Shown here one piece after another: positions 1 through 13,110 of a stretch of DNA of 64,000 nt. Under the pieces are notes generated by a model that searched no databases, was not told the origin of the DNA, and saw nothing but the letters and a program-made list of their open reading frames with translations. A program made the position numbers and the translations under genes. Where the stretch lies: NCBI GenBank assembly GCA_958009085.1, contig OY253668.1, positions 1,364,001 to 1,428,000 on the forward strand, given 5' to 3'. Source of the stretch: Protoeuglena noctilucae. Lineage: Eukaryota. Within the stretch, counting starts at the first letter, position 1, and the number at the start of each line of letters is the position of its first letter.

Positions 1-86
1 AGCAGCGTCACGCAGGTTGTTGACCTCACACCCGCCATTCACAGGCCCGTTCCAGCAGGGGATACCTCGTCATCGATTCTCCGCAG

Positions 87-351
87 GCAGTTGACACCGA
101 AGCTTGGAAAGGGGGATGGCATCGATGAGGGCAAGCTGCGGGCGCAGTGCCAAGCGGTGGCTGTGTCGATGGGGCAGACAGGAGGCCCCGTTGCCAGCGT
201 GGCTTCGCCGGCACCCGCTGCGACTCTGCCAGCCGCGGGGACGGTCGTCCGAGACGGCAGATCCGGCGACGTGGAATATGGCCCAAAGCGTCATGGCGTG
301 ACGGATGGGGCGCGTGTGGCAGAGGTGCTGTGTGGCGGCCGCGTGACGTGA
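87..351 (+). CDS. Terminal exon of a gene entering from upstream of the window; product unknown
   Basis: Pyrimidine-rich acceptor (ttctccgcag, ending 86) followed by an open frame (KLGKGDGIDEGKLRAQCQ...) ending at TGA 351; convergent with SmD2. Confidence 0.4.
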
Positions 352-456
352 CGCGGATCAGTCGATAGCTATTGACGTGCTGAGCAGCCGCATGGGGGAT
401 AGACACTTTCAAAAAAGGAACCAGTGCGCGACCCATCTCACAGCCGTGCGTTCGCT

Positions 457-1078
457 CTATTTGGGGTTCCGCAGCACCAGGATGACCGAGTCGCCTCTCA
501 AGAACATCTTAGAGATGAAGCGGTCCCGGTTGACGGGCTGAGACCCCTTCTTGCCCTTGCCCGTCTTCGGAATCTGCGATGCAGGTGCCGAGGGACCCGT
601 CGTCACGCTCTGCCTCGTGAGCCCGCTCCCCCCGGAACCCCCCCGGGCGCGGCGCGCGTCGGCAGCAACGTACGGCGCGATTCTAACGCGCATTCACCTC
701 CGTCCACATCTCCTTGACGTTCTCGAGGATCATGTTGCAGTGCCGGTCGAATGCCTTGACCCTCCCAAGCAGCTTGTGGTTGTTCCGGCAGCTCACCAGC
801 ACCTGCGGATCAATCACATGCAAAGCGTTGCCAGGAGGGCTGGGAGGGACGCCCATCGTCCGCCGGCGTGGCGGATCGGCCCTAGCTGCCACCGCGCCCC
901 CTTTCTTGAGTCTCCGGGAGCGAGCCCCGCCACGAGCGGGCCTCCGCGCCCCACGACGGCTGCTGCTTGCCTGCGAGTTGGTCTTGACGCTCGTGGTGAG
1001 CACGGAGAGAGGCCCCTTCTGGAACGAATCGATCTCCTCCTTCTCCAGGTCGTCGACCGTCTTCTGGGCCGTCGCCAT
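457..1078 (-). CDS. SmD2: Small nuclear ribonucleoprotein Sm D2 (3 exons)
   Basis: [59 protein letters not shown]...[23 protein letters not shown] is the canonical SmD2 sequence; intron 1 (970-803) is GC-AG. Confidence 0.97.
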
Positions 1079-1745
1079 CCCGCCTCCCTTTGCGCGGGGC
1101 ACTGGGGTCGCCCGAACGTACTACCAGGTACCTAGGCGCGCCTCAAGCACGGCCAGCGGGGCAAGGAATACTTTGGCCAGGGATGCGTGTGGGATGGCAG
1201 GTGGGAGGGCAAGGAGGCGACCACGGATTGACGAGGATGACGGAATGGTGTCTCAGAGGAAGGGGGGGCAGCTGTTCCGGCGCCCGTCTGTCAGACGGAC
1301 TCGTTTTGCACCGACGAAAGCCGCCTGCGTGCTGCTTTGGCGCTTATATTGCATGTCACCTGCTCAAACAAATCGTGAGGATCCGTTGCGCTTTCCTGGC
1401 CGTCCTGGGCTTTCTTAGGACGCCTCCTGCGCACCCAGGAATCTCTAGCACAGCGCGCGCATCGTCGTTTGTTAGACGGTCTTCTAACGCACCTGCCAGT
1501 GCCAATTCCCCCGACATCCGGGCAGCCAGGGCCAAGCTTACCAAAATGGTGTGGCGCGCGCGGTGCCTCCGGCCACTGATCCACGAGCGCTCTGTCCCGC
1601 GTAGCGAACCGCACGCTGACTCTTTGTCATGCAAGGCACTGACAGGCTGAAGAAGTGATCGCCTGGATGCGGGGTTTGGGCGCGCGCTTCCCCAGATGCT
1701 GGGCCATGCTGAGCTGGGCCGCGGAACCCCTCCCCGCGCTCGCAG

Positions 1746-3014
1746 GAGCAGGAGACGGCGAAGTTCAAGTCGCATATGCACTCGCTAGCCTTCGGCGAGG
1801 CCATGCTTGCCGCAGCGCGCGACTACAAGACGGAAATGAAGGCCGCGGAGCATGCGCGGGCCGAGGCCGCCAAGGTCCGCACCCCGCGCACCAGGGCGGC
1901 CATTCGCGCCGTCAGGATGCCGAACCAGTACTTGACGTCAATACGCGCGTTCTCTTCGCAGGGCCACCGCGTGATGGACATGCAGGAGCTGGCCGACGAG
2001 CTCGCGGACGACCCGGACCTTGAGCGCATCTACGAACAGCGCATGGCGGCGATTCGGCAGGAGCAGGAGGAGAGGCAAAAGATGCAGGCCTCGGGACACG
2101 GGCAGGTCACAGAGGTGAATCACTCGCCACGCGCGAGTGCCATCCACCCACAGCGGCATGCGATGGGTGTCAGTGGTGCAAGCTCTCAGGGCGCCCAGCC
2201 CGACCGCAGCGCCGCCGCTTCCCCCGCAGGTCGAGGAGAAGGACTTTTTGGACGTAGTGACGAAGACCAGGCGCGTGGTGGTCCACTTCTTCCACCGGGA
2301 GTTCGAGCGTTGCAAGATCATGGACAAGCACCTCGTGACCGTCGCACGCAAGTACTTCAAAACCCGCTTCGTTAAGATCAGCGTGAGTGGCACTCGCGCC
2401 TGCGATCTTCCTCGCGCTACTGGCTCTGCCTCCCTGTCGGCCCCTCTGCCCGCCTCAAGTTCTGCACCGCCCCGCCACTGCCACGCCACCCACCATCCCA
2501 CCCCACTCCACGTCTCTCCACTCCCCGCAGGCCCCCGACTCGCCCTTCTTCGTCGAGAAACTCAAGGTCCGCATGCTCCCCTGCGTCGTCTTCTTCCTCG
2601 ACGGGGTGGCGGTCGACCGTGTCGTGGGGTTCGACGAGCTGGGGGCCAAAGACGACTTCAAGACGGAAGCACTCGAGGCCAAGCTCCTCGGGGCGGGCGT
2701 GGTGGAGTACGTGAAGGAAGAAGAGGTGGGTGCATGCCAGCGGAACGCTGCCACGTGGGCAGCCTGGCTGGGGTGCAAATGGCGTCGCGATGGATGGCTT
2801 GCACGCATCCGTGAGCACTCAAGCAGGGCCGTGTCATGACAGAGACCATTCGCTGCAGCCGATTGTTATTGTATCTGTCTTTGAGACCCCGCAGGACTCG
2901 GACGGGGAGGAGCGCGAGCAGAGGACGCGCATCCGCAAGGGCGGGGAGGTCGGGGGCGTGGCGGGGGTGGGCGCGGGGGCAGAGAGTGAAGACGAGTCGT
3001 CCGACTTCGATTGA
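1746..3014 (+). CDS. Phosducin-like / thioredoxin domain-containing protein 9 (PLP3-type); true start probably in a tiny upstream exon (possibly ATG at 1546)
   Basis: LAFGEAMLAAARDYK, ELADDPDLERIYEQRMAA, VVVHFFHREFERCKIMDKHL, APDSPFFVEKLKVRMLPCVVFFLDGVAVDRVVGFDELGAKDDF, acidic tail ESSDFD*. Confidence 0.9.
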
Positions 3015-3245
3015 AGGGTGCGAAGACTTCACAACACCGTGGAGACGGTGGGTCCTCTGCTATTTTGGACTGGCGGTGGCGCTGCGACCGCCCAGCAAGA
3101 GCCGGGGCTGCTACGTCGCTGCGCCCTGCTCACTCCCCGGCAACTAGCGCGCTGTTCCGTTTCGCCTCTGCACTTCGCTATCTGCCGCAACTGCATGGCG
3201 CATCTGCCCTACGCCCCGCTCGTTCGTTGCTGTGCGCCCGTGGCC

Positions 3246-6179
3246 TCACTCGGCGGGCGGCAGGTGGGCCTCGAGCTTGAAGGGCTCCCCTCGGTAGCCG
3301 TGGAAATGGTGCAGGGCATCCTGCGCCACCAGCAAGTGCCGCATCGCCACCTCGATGGCCGGCCCGTGCCGCGTGCGGTCCACGTCAGCTAAGGCCTGCA
3401 GGGAGCGAGAGAGCAGCAACAGAATACGTTCGCGTCGTTCCGTTACATCCAAATGCAAACAAAGCCATTGCCCGCAAGGCCTGCAGGACCTTCACGAAGC
3501 CCGCGCACGCTCCGCGCTCACCGAAACCCCGTCGCCTCCTTTCTCCACCCGCCGAAGGCCCCGGGAACCCGGGCAGCCGGCATCAAAAGCGCGAAGCATG
3601 GGCATGCGCGGCGGCGACGGCAGCGGCGAGTCGCTGTCCACATCCATGGCAACCACCCCCGGCCCACGCCGCGCGTCGGTCCGAGGCCGCGGCCGCGCCA
3701 GGCGCGCAGGCTGCTGCTCCCCGCTCTCCTCCTCTCTTCCATGGCCCTCTCCCCGCCTCCTCCGGCCCTCGGCGTTCCCCCCCGTGCGGCGCTTGCCGCC
3801 TGCCCTGGTGCGCGGGTGGGCCGACGCTGCAGCCCCGCTCGGCCCAGCCGGCCCGTCGGCGTCCCCTCCCCCCGACCGCCGGGCCTTTCCTTCGTACAAA
3901 TGCTGGAGCAGCAAGCGGTTCGTCAAGTCGGCCACCTGCGTGGACAGAGAGGTCCGCACTCGTTCGCACCCGACAGCCCCGCTGTGCCCACATGCCCCAT
4001 CACCCAGCAGAGAGTGCCTACGTTTTTGCGAAACTCACCCACTCGCGCTGCGCCGGCTCCAACAGGTGCTTCCCAGCGCAGTGCTCGAGGTCTTCGTATG
4101 CAAGTAGGTCCAGGCACCCGTCAAACAGCCTCCTCATGGGCGCCGCGCTCCAGCACTCCTGCGTCCCCACCAGGCCCGCCAGGTGCTCGCGAGCATGCAT
4201 GGCGGCTTCCATAAACGCGCCCCGCCTTGCGAGCTCGACGACATGCTGCGGCGAACGAGCGTGGCCAAGTGCTGGGAGTGCGCGGCACGAGGCAGTCCAA
4301 CCAAGCAAGCGCTCCCTCGCACCCAGCAGGCCAGCATGCGCCAACAGCCGCGCGTGCCCTCACCTGCGCGTGCAGGTACGTCCGCAGCGGCGCCGTCGTT
4401 GCGCCGTCCGTGGCTTCTGACGCAGACGGGCCCGGCACCGCGCCCCCCGCCGCCAGCCTCCCCGCAGCGCCGTCTCCACGTGGTCCGACCCCGTCGACCC
4501 ACCCGCTCAGCAGCGGCACGGACATCTTGCTCGAAGGGTCCGAGTGCATGGAGTGGAACTCTCCCGACGACGCCCCGGACCCCTCCGATCCCAACACATG
4601 GGCCATCGGCGTGGTGGGGACCTCCTCGGGCCAGGCGTGGACCGGCACCTCCGCCAGCAGACCCGGATATCGGGCGTCGAGGCTGCGGGGGGTCCGCAGC
4701 TTCTGCCGTGAGCCGACGGAATGATGCGAGACATTGCCAATCCATGCTGTGCTTCCAAGCATCGCAGACTTGCCTCTCCATGGCACCCATGACGTCCCCT
4801 GCGACGATCCTCTCCCGGATCTCCGCCCTCTCGTCCAGCGACTCGAGGACCAGCCTCCCCAGCACTCCCTCGGATGCCCGGGCAGGGGCAGCCCCGTCCG
4901 TGGACGCCCCCACCAGCGGCCCGTACCCCGCCGCGGAGGCGAAGGCGCGGAGTGTCTCCCGGAAGCCGTAGTGCGCGAGGTAGTCAAGGACGAGGGCGTG
5001 CACGACGCCCTGCGACAGAGGCAGGCCCTCCACGTCGCGCATGCGGCTGGCGTAGTCCTGGGCGCGGAAGGCCGCCAGGTCGAACTGCGGGAACACGGAG
5101 CCGAGACGGTCAGGTAGCGGGCGCACAGCAGGAGGACGGCGACGAGCGCGAGGAAACCACGTTGCAAAAGGGTTGCCACCGAGGCGGATGGCACCGCGTC
5201 AACAGAGCAGGCCTCCGGCGCCTGCGAAGCACAGTGCGAGGTACTTTGTCGTCACCTGAAACGGCTCCTCCCCGAAGTTGACGCGGACCTCCTCTCCCTC
5301 CGAATGCAGCCCCACCGTAGGGTACAGCTGCCCGTGCACCCCGCGGAAGGCCACGCCGAGATGCTCCCCGTTCTTGGTGAAGAAGATTTCTCCCTTGTTC
5401 TGCAATCACGCGGCCGCGGGGTCACCTCGCGCGCGTTCGGGGCGGTGCGGGGCCGCAACAAACGCGCTGGGCGTCTCCCAGGGTCGGGAGGGCCGAGGGC
5501 GCGTCGCCCTGCGCCATGGGCGGCTCGGCAGCGCGCCGTTGCTCCTGTTCTGCTCACCAGGTGCACGCCAGCCCCGACCACGTCGCCTTTGCGGAATGTC
5601 TGGCCGTACGAAGTGGCGTTCCCCGCCTCCTCGGTGCACACGGTGCCGTTCGCGAAGTAGCCGTACGAGTCCCGCTCCCAGCCGGGGGCTCGGCCGGGCT
5701 TGTGGTCCTCCGCAGCGAAGCCGATGGACATCTCGGCCCGCGAGCCGTGGTTCAGCACCCGCATCTCGAAGTAGTAGACCAGGATGTCCGTGGGGAAGGG
5801 GACGTCGGCGTGGATGACACCCACGTCGTGGTCGTGGGTCCCTTGCTCGGGGATAGCTTGGTACTGCGCTCGCAATCGACGGGCGCTCGGTCAGCGTCCC
5901 ACGGTGGCCACCGCGGCCAGCGCCCGCCGACGCTCGCCGATGCTAGCCCGCCGCGATAATCATCAGTGCAGATCCATACACCTGCCGGCTGTCGGGGCGG
6001 AAAGCGGGGTCGCACGCGCGCAGCGCCCTCGCCTTGCACTGGAGCTTGTCCTTCTTGACCTGCAGGCGGATCATGTGGCCCGACGTGTCCAGCTTCGAGG
6101 GCAGGCATATTGCCTCGCTCTGGAAAACATCGTGGAGGGACATCCCAGCCTCCCCCGTGTCGGCGGGGGCCGTGCCCAT
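3246..6179 (-). CDS. RanBP9/10 (RanBPM/GID1)-like SPRY-LisH-CTLH-CRA protein
   Basis: SPRY exons (VYYFEMRVLNHG, PGWERDSYGY, IFFTKNGEHLGVAF, LYPTVGLHSEGEEVRVNFGEEPF), LisH (VHALVLDYLAHYGFRETL), CTLH (RAEIRERIVAGDV), CRA (LLAYEDLE...LLEPAQRE). Confidence 0.9.
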
Positions 6180-6504
6180 CGTAACAGACTGGCGCGAGGG
6201 CGCCAAAAGACGGCAGCTCAGTGGACGGACAGACGGGTGAAAGGGGAACTGACGTGGTGCGCACTCTCTGCATAGACTCTGAGACTCTGAGCCAAGGGAA
6301 CGTGTTGCGCCCTACTGGCGCGTCGTGCAGCCCTCTTCGTTCGCTACCTGCGGTCCGCGGGCCGTCACCCCTTGATACCTGTTGTCGTGAACACTCGTCG
6401 GCCCGCCACGCTTGGCTGTGCAAGCTGCAATTCATCGCAGCTGAGGCCATAGGAGGCATAGCGTCCCTTTTTGGCAGACCAGGGCATGTGGGGAGGTGGT
6501 GGGA

Positions 6505-7991
6505 ATGGAGACCTTGGAAGCTAACGCGGAGGCGCGGACGGCGGGGGCCCCGGAGCCCTCGGGCATGCTCTCGCATGGCCTCTCGGGCGTGCCCCTTCCG
6601 CGCTACGCCTTGCCCAACACGAGCCATTCCTTGCCGCAATACCTGGGCTCTGAGGGGGAAGCTATTCAGCGGTGAGCCCGCTGCCCTGGATGGATGCGGC
6701 TTCGGAACGCGAGCCCCTCGCGAAGATGGCATGCCGTGGGGTCCTCCGCTCCCGGCTTTCATGCGACCCTCGCGTGTGCAAATGGTTCATTTGTTCGATG
6801 CTTCGCTCTTGAGACTGTCCGCTTCGACAGCAGGAGGCCTGAGACGGAGGAAACGCCGCACGTCTTTAGCACGCCTGCAGGGCCTTCCACACCGGCAACT
6901 ACGACATGATTCACGCCTTGCCGGACAAGCTGGAGCATCTGTCTGTGATACGGAAACGGCAGGAGCTGCAGAAGCAGGTCCGGGACATGATGGCGATGGT
7001 CGGGAAGGACGGCTTGCTCCCATCCCAGAAGGGAGCCACTGACGCGCGCGGCCTGTTTCATGGATTCGAGTACCAGCCGACCGACTACGTGAGACAGGAG
7101 GTGGAGCGGCGCGCGGAGGTGCGGCAGCTGGACAAGGGGAAGGTGGAGGAGATTGCAGGGGGCAAGGCCTTCATCCCGAACGGCATGGCGGGGAAGGGCA
7201 GCGGGCGGCGACTCAAGGTGTGACGCTGTCCCCGATATGGGAATTGTGCGGCGCTCACAGCGACTGCACTCACGCTGCATTAACGGGTCGTGCATGCTGA
7301 AGAGCTTGCCCGCGCTTTGACGCAGTTTGAGGACATGTTTGGGGAGGAGGACTTTCGGTATCCGTACCTGGGCGGAGAGCTGGACGAGAAGGACGACGAC
7401 TTGCTGAGCGAGTCGTGGATTCAGAGTTCGTACGACCTCGGGCCTCGCTTTGCGCCCAATGGGCCAGCCGGGCTGCACGCCCCGGCCGGGGCCGTCAACC
7501 CGCCCACCAAGCGCCTCCTCCCGGAGCTCTTGGCCGCCCTCAAAGGCATCCTCGCCGCCGACTGGGAGGGCTCCGCGTTCGACCTGCTGCTGGACAGCCG
7601 CGGCCGCGTGGTGGTGCAGTTCGATCTGACCACGGTTGACAGCAGGGACGGCCTCGCCGCCTACATGAACATGCTCGTCAAGTCCAACGCCCTCATCACC
7701 AAGTACCTCGTCTCGCGCGTGCCTGAGGCGAGTGCGCGATTTCCAGCCGCTACGCTGGGGCGTGTACGGGTCGCTGGTTGGGAAAGCCCCAAGGTGCCCT
7801 GCCTCTGAATGCAGTCGTGGAACAAGGAACGGACCCCGGGCCGCGTCGACTTCACGATGCGCCCGCCGTGGGTGCCGAATGCCGCCATCAACCAGACCTT
7901 CATGCGCCTGCACCCGGAGTACGAAGCAACAGGGATCGTCAGCACGGGCGACGCGGGGGCCTCGCAAGGGCTCCATCGGGACCTGAAGTGA
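6505..7991 (+). CDS. Hypothetical protein (about 4 exons)
   Basis: Phase-compatible exons METLEANA...GEAIQR|AFHTGNYDMIHALPDKL...; LAAYMNMLVKSN...VPE|SWNKERTPGRVDFTMRPPWV...RDLK*; no family recognised. Confidence 0.6.
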
Positions 7992-8111
7992 CTTCGCGTA
8001 AACTCTTCGTGGCTGTCCCTGCTTGTTTCAATGCCCTACACGGCACATGGGATGCCGATTGAACGCATCCCTTGGTCTGCTTTCCGTGCCCCGTGATGAA
8101 ACGTAACTGCC

Positions 8112-11100
8112 CTAAACCCCGATGGGCGCCTCGGCCACAAGCCGCTGTGCTTCGAGCACACTCTGCAGCCCCACCCGCGCGTCCCTGTTGCCCGGCTCCT
8201 GCTGCAGCACGTGCCGGTAGTCGCGCTCAGCCCCCTCCCAGTCCCGCATCCCCTCACGGGCCGCCCCGCGCCTGAAGAGCGCAGGGAGGACGACAGACGT
8301 TTCAGAGGTCACCCCACGACAGCCTCGCTTTGCCTCCTCACCCGGCTCACCGCTGTGCACCCCAGACTCGCTGCAACGACAGTCGACAGCCCCAGCACCG
8401 CACTGTGACCCACCTCAGCAGCGTCTTGACGTTGAAGTCCTTGCCCAACTCGAGCGCCCGGTCGCAGTCGGCCTTGGCCTCCGCAAACCGCATCAGCTTG
8501 AGCAGCGCAGCCGCTCGATTGCTGTAGAAGGTCGGCTCGGTCGGGAGCGCTTCGATCGCACGCGAGTAGCACCGCACTGCCTCGTCGTGGCGCCCCGATC
8601 GGAACGCCTGGTTGCCCCGCTCCTTGTGCCGGTTTGCAGTCTCCCGCTGCGCACCCTCCCTGCACCCCCGTCGCAACACAACCATTCGCACTCATCCCAA
8701 TACCAAGCAAGGCTGACAACTCCACTCTAGCTGAGCATCTTTCAACCCCTCTTCTCGCTCCCATGGGTCCACACCACTTGCCCACCTCCACTCACCTCGC
8801 CCTCGCCTCCTGTGCCTCCCTCGCACGCCGCGCTTCTTGCGCCTTCTCCTCACGCACCGTCGCCCGCAGCGCCCCCCACGTCTCCTGCAGGGCCCCGTGC
8901 AGCCGTGCCGCCACGTTCAGCAGCATGCGGTCAGACCCTGCCCGGCCCACCAGGCTAATTGATACGGGTAGACCCTCCATGTTGTCCCCGAGGGGCAGCA
9001 CGACCTGTGGCACATGGGCAGTGGTGGGACGCAGTGTGACTTTCCATGTTGCGCCGTCTCTCGCGCTAGGTCCGCATGGTGGTACTACCACCATGTCGCA
9101 GTCTGCAATGCTGGTGCACGCCGCACAAACGACTCACCTGTGGCAGACCCGCCAGCCCCGCCAGGCACGTGAGGGCAAAGACGCGGTCCCGGAAGCCTGC
9201 GACGGCCTCCGCGGACGGCGGCGCAGGGAGCGGCGGGCACGGGACGGGCGGCAGGACGAAGACGCCGTTGGGTGCGTCGAGCGTGGCCTTGTCCATGGCC
9301 TCACGGACCTCGTCACGCATCTGCAGAGGCCCGCAGACGCGTGGCAGGACATTGCCCCTACACAGGCGACAGGCGCACGCGCAAGGAAACGTGTCTTGCC
9401 AGGTATCGCGCCCGTCGGCACCTACCCCACCGCTTGCGCCCGCACCCCATCCCTGCCCTCGCCTTCACAGCCCTTTCGTATACCAATCGCGACACCTTCC
9501 CTGCTGCCGCGAGCCGCCTCCGCACCGCCGGCAGCAGCCGCGCCCCGCTGTCCTTGGCAAGCTGCCCATGCTGCAGCGCCACCTCATGCCCCTGCAAGTC
9601 CATGGCTGCCCTCGCCAGCGACCGCATCACCGCAGCCCCTGGCACCTGTCCCTGAAAAGCCCGTTCCAGGTAGTGCCCCAGGGTTGGGCAGGTGGTGCGA
9701 AGGTAGGCCGGGATGTCCACCAAGAGGATGGGCACGGTCAGACCGTCTGGACGCGGGCTGCTCTCCAGCACCGCTTTGAGCGTGCCCTGCGAGGCGAGCA
9801 CGGATCGTGGTCGCAGCGCTGGTGCAGAGGTTGAATGCGAGACAAGGCGTTGCCGGCATGACCATGTGACACGGCTGCCACGGCATCGCGCCATCCCTGT
9901 GGTCGCGCTCTGCTTACCATCGCCATGGCGCTCTCGTCTCCGCCGTCGTCGGTCAGCGTTTGGAAAAGTTCGAACGGGAAGTGGACGACGTCCGGCAGAG
10001 AAGGCGGCGGCTCCTGGGTCGCAGGGAGGAGAGTGCAGCCCACTGCGCGCAAGACCTCGACGTCGCGAGCGAACCAGCCCACTGCGGGAGCGGCCACGTC
10101 CGAGAGAGCGTCGCACACAAATATCCGGGAAGCAAATCCAAACTGAAGGGACCGGCACGTGTGGCCGATGAGCCCTGCCTTGTGATGCATAACCAACCCC
10201 ACAAAATATGCGAAGCCTGGACATGCGCCGCACCTGTGTCGAGAGACGGCGACAGAGGGACCACGCCCTCGACACTCACGGCGCCGTGGGTCGTGCGGAT
10301 CCCCGGTATCCCGCAGAAGGCTGCCGGCACTCGCACGCTGCCCGCTGTGTCGGTGCCCAGGGCGAAGTCCACCAGCCCTGCCGCCACCGCCGACGCAGAC
10401 CCCGAGCTGTGAAGAGGATTACACGAGGAGCAGTCTGACCGAGTCAGGCATGCAAGGCGCGGCCACGGCACGGAGCACAGACGCCCTCACACACCTCGAC
10501 CCCCCAGGGAGCATGCCAGGGTACCGCGCATTGACGGGGGTGGGGTGGTCCGTCTCGTTGCCCTGTAGCGAGTAGGCCAGCTGGTCCATGCAGGTGTGGC
10601 CCTCGAGGGTCGCGCCCGCTGCGAGGACCCTCTCGACGCATAGGGCAGTGGATGCTTCGCCAGACCCAGCGCCCCCGGGCCTACGCTCGGCCCAGGCGGC
10701 GCACCCGTTGCTCAGGGGCTGCCCCTGCACGGACATGTTGTCCTTGACCGCAAAGCGCATGCCCCGCAGCGGGAGGCCCTCCCCGTCGGCCCCCGGGACC
10801 ACAAAGCGGCGGACGAAGGCGTTCTCGCCCGCTTTCCGGCGGGAGGCGCCGTCCCTGCGGCGCGACCTGCGGATGCACAGGCTTTCAATCATCATCTCAA
10901 TTCAATGCGATGATGTCCACGGCCATTGGCGCCGTCGCGCGGCGACCAACCCTGCGGGGCAGCAGGCGGCTCTGGCCATCACCGCGGCTCACCGATAGAG
11001 CTTCCACAGGAACATCGCGGCCACGCCGGCTGTGGCTGCGATCGCGACGACTGCAAGAGTGCCCAACCATCCGCTCGACGAGCTCGATGACCGCTGCCGC

Positions 11101-11568
11101 GTGGAATCCCGGGGCACCGAGCGAGGCGCGTCTCTGTGGGCAGCGACGGCCGCTGGGAGCGGTTATACAGGACCCCACGATGAGGAGAGCAAACATGAAG
11201 CACATATAAAGGCACGGAGGGGCATGAAGCTCGAAGGATCCCCGCCGCTGATCGGGATGGCCCATCTGCTCGGGCTGATCTCACCGTGCCCCGCTCGGGA
11301 GCCTCGAGCGCGGCTGCGAGGGACCGGAGCTGCTCATCTCCGACGACGATGCTGTCTCGTCAAGCGAGGGCGGCCCCGGAACCTGTGTCTCTTCGCTGAG
11401 CTGGGGCGTTGCAGCAGTCGCTGCATCGCCGTCCTCGTCCGGGATGCTCTGCAGCTCTTCGACAGCCCTAGAGACGTCCGTCGCAATGCTGGTTTCATCG
11501 ACTTCCTCCTCCTCCGAAGAGGAGGACCACGATTCGTGTACGTCCTCTGTGCCCGCTTCCGTCGCCAT
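8112..11568 (-). CDS. Toc64/OM64-like protein: acidic N-terminal extension, transmembrane anchor, amidase-signature domain and C-terminal TPR
   Basis: [29 protein letters not shown] (about 11065-10994); [66 protein letters not shown]...[11 protein letters not shown]...DCDRAL. Confidence 0.88.
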
Positions 11569-11787
11569 CGGCCTGGGTCGTGGCCAAGCCAACACGGAGG
11601 CGTCACTGGCGATACCCGGAGAGCGATCGCTCGACGCAGTGACCGGGCTGGGGCGCATTCACCGGCTTCGTGCTTCCGCCACAGCACAGTACTGGCAGTA
11701 CGGCATCTCTGACATCAGCTGCAGCCCGTGGGTCTCGAACCTAGGTCTCCCTTTGATGATGTCAGACGACCTGTCGCGGCAGACCAG

Positions 11788-13110
11788 TCACATTGAAGCG
11801 GTGCCGGTGATGAAAGGTACGAGGAACATGTTAGAGTACGACGGCAGCAAGTTGTCGCAGCCCCTTGCGCTGAGAGGCGCGCGGAACGGGCACAGCAGCA
11901 AGCCTGCGTCCGAACACACGGAGGCCGTCGCCTGCAGTAAAGAGCGCGCCACCGAGCCCTCCAGCGTTGCAGGACGCGCACCACAGCGCAGTGCAGCAAC
12001 CAGAGCACACCACGCGGCCTCGGCACAAAAGTCGGTGGCGACGCACAGAACACGGCGAGGCTGGGCATGGAGCCACCTGCGGGGAGCAGACAGTGCAGCA
12101 CCATCCCATGTGCTCGGACTTGGCGCAAACATCGTGCTCGGCACGTCGCACGCGGCCCTCACTCCAGGGTGGGGTGCCAGGTTGAGCCCACAGCCAGGCC
12201 CGCGTTGGGCAGGAACACCAGGTCGGGAGATGGCAGGCGCGGCGCCACCTCGTGGTACAGCGACGCGTGCGACCGAGTTTGCACGATCCTCCTGCCTCCG
12301 CTACTGCCGAGCGACTCCCATTCCGCGCTCGCCTCAGCCGCCTGTGGGTCCACGAAATGGACCTCCAGCGCGGCCACGGGCCACGGCAGGAGAGCAGCGC
12401 ACAGCTGCGCGAGCCACGCGGTGCGCGCCTCCCTTGCCCCGCCGGGGACGTGCACCACGAGCGTCGGGGCATCGCCCACGGGCCCCAGCCAGCCGCTGTC
12501 TGACGCCAGGACGATGGCCAACGCCAGCGTGGCTGCCCAGTCCGCAAAGACGGCAGCTGGCGAGTCGCTTGGCAGGCCCAGCTGCGCGTACAGCCACGGC
12601 CAGGCTCGGCCAGGGTTCCTGAGGGGAGCACAGCGCAGGTCGGGCAGGTCCTGGTCTGCGGTGGCCAGGGCGCCTGCCAGCCAAGGAGGTGGAGGTGACT
12701 CGGCGGACGCTGCTTGATTCCGCCAACACGCGAGACAGGCCCCCGGGAGGTCGTGACACCCCAAGGCTTCCAAAGCAGTGCAGACGGTTTGCTTGCCGCA
12801 GTCGATGGCCCGCGTGGTGAGGTCTCGCCAGGGGGGCCCGCAGTCGCGCAGCGCTTCCGTGTGCGCGAGATCCTCGCGCATACGGCGACAAGCTTCCGAG
12901 CCCTCGTGACCAGACCGGACGAGGTGCTGATGGTCACAGAAGAGCATGCACCTGCGTGGCAACCAGGATCGATGTTATTGAGCCAGAAGCAAGGTGCCGC
13001 AAGGCAGCAGAGTGCGCAACGCACCTGCACGACGGGCAGAACACGGGGACGGCGATGCCACAGCTACATACGCTGCATTCGAAACGGAGCTGCTGCTGCT
13101 TGCTGTCCAT
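11788..13110 (-). CDS. MYND-type zinc finger / MSS51-like protein
   Basis: N-terminal CSVCSC...CPSCR|CMLFC...H...C; C-terminal SLYHE, PDLVFLPNAGL, W.PTL, ATDF, CPFRAP...SYSNMF motifs resemble the MSS51 C-terminal domain. Confidence 0.7.
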
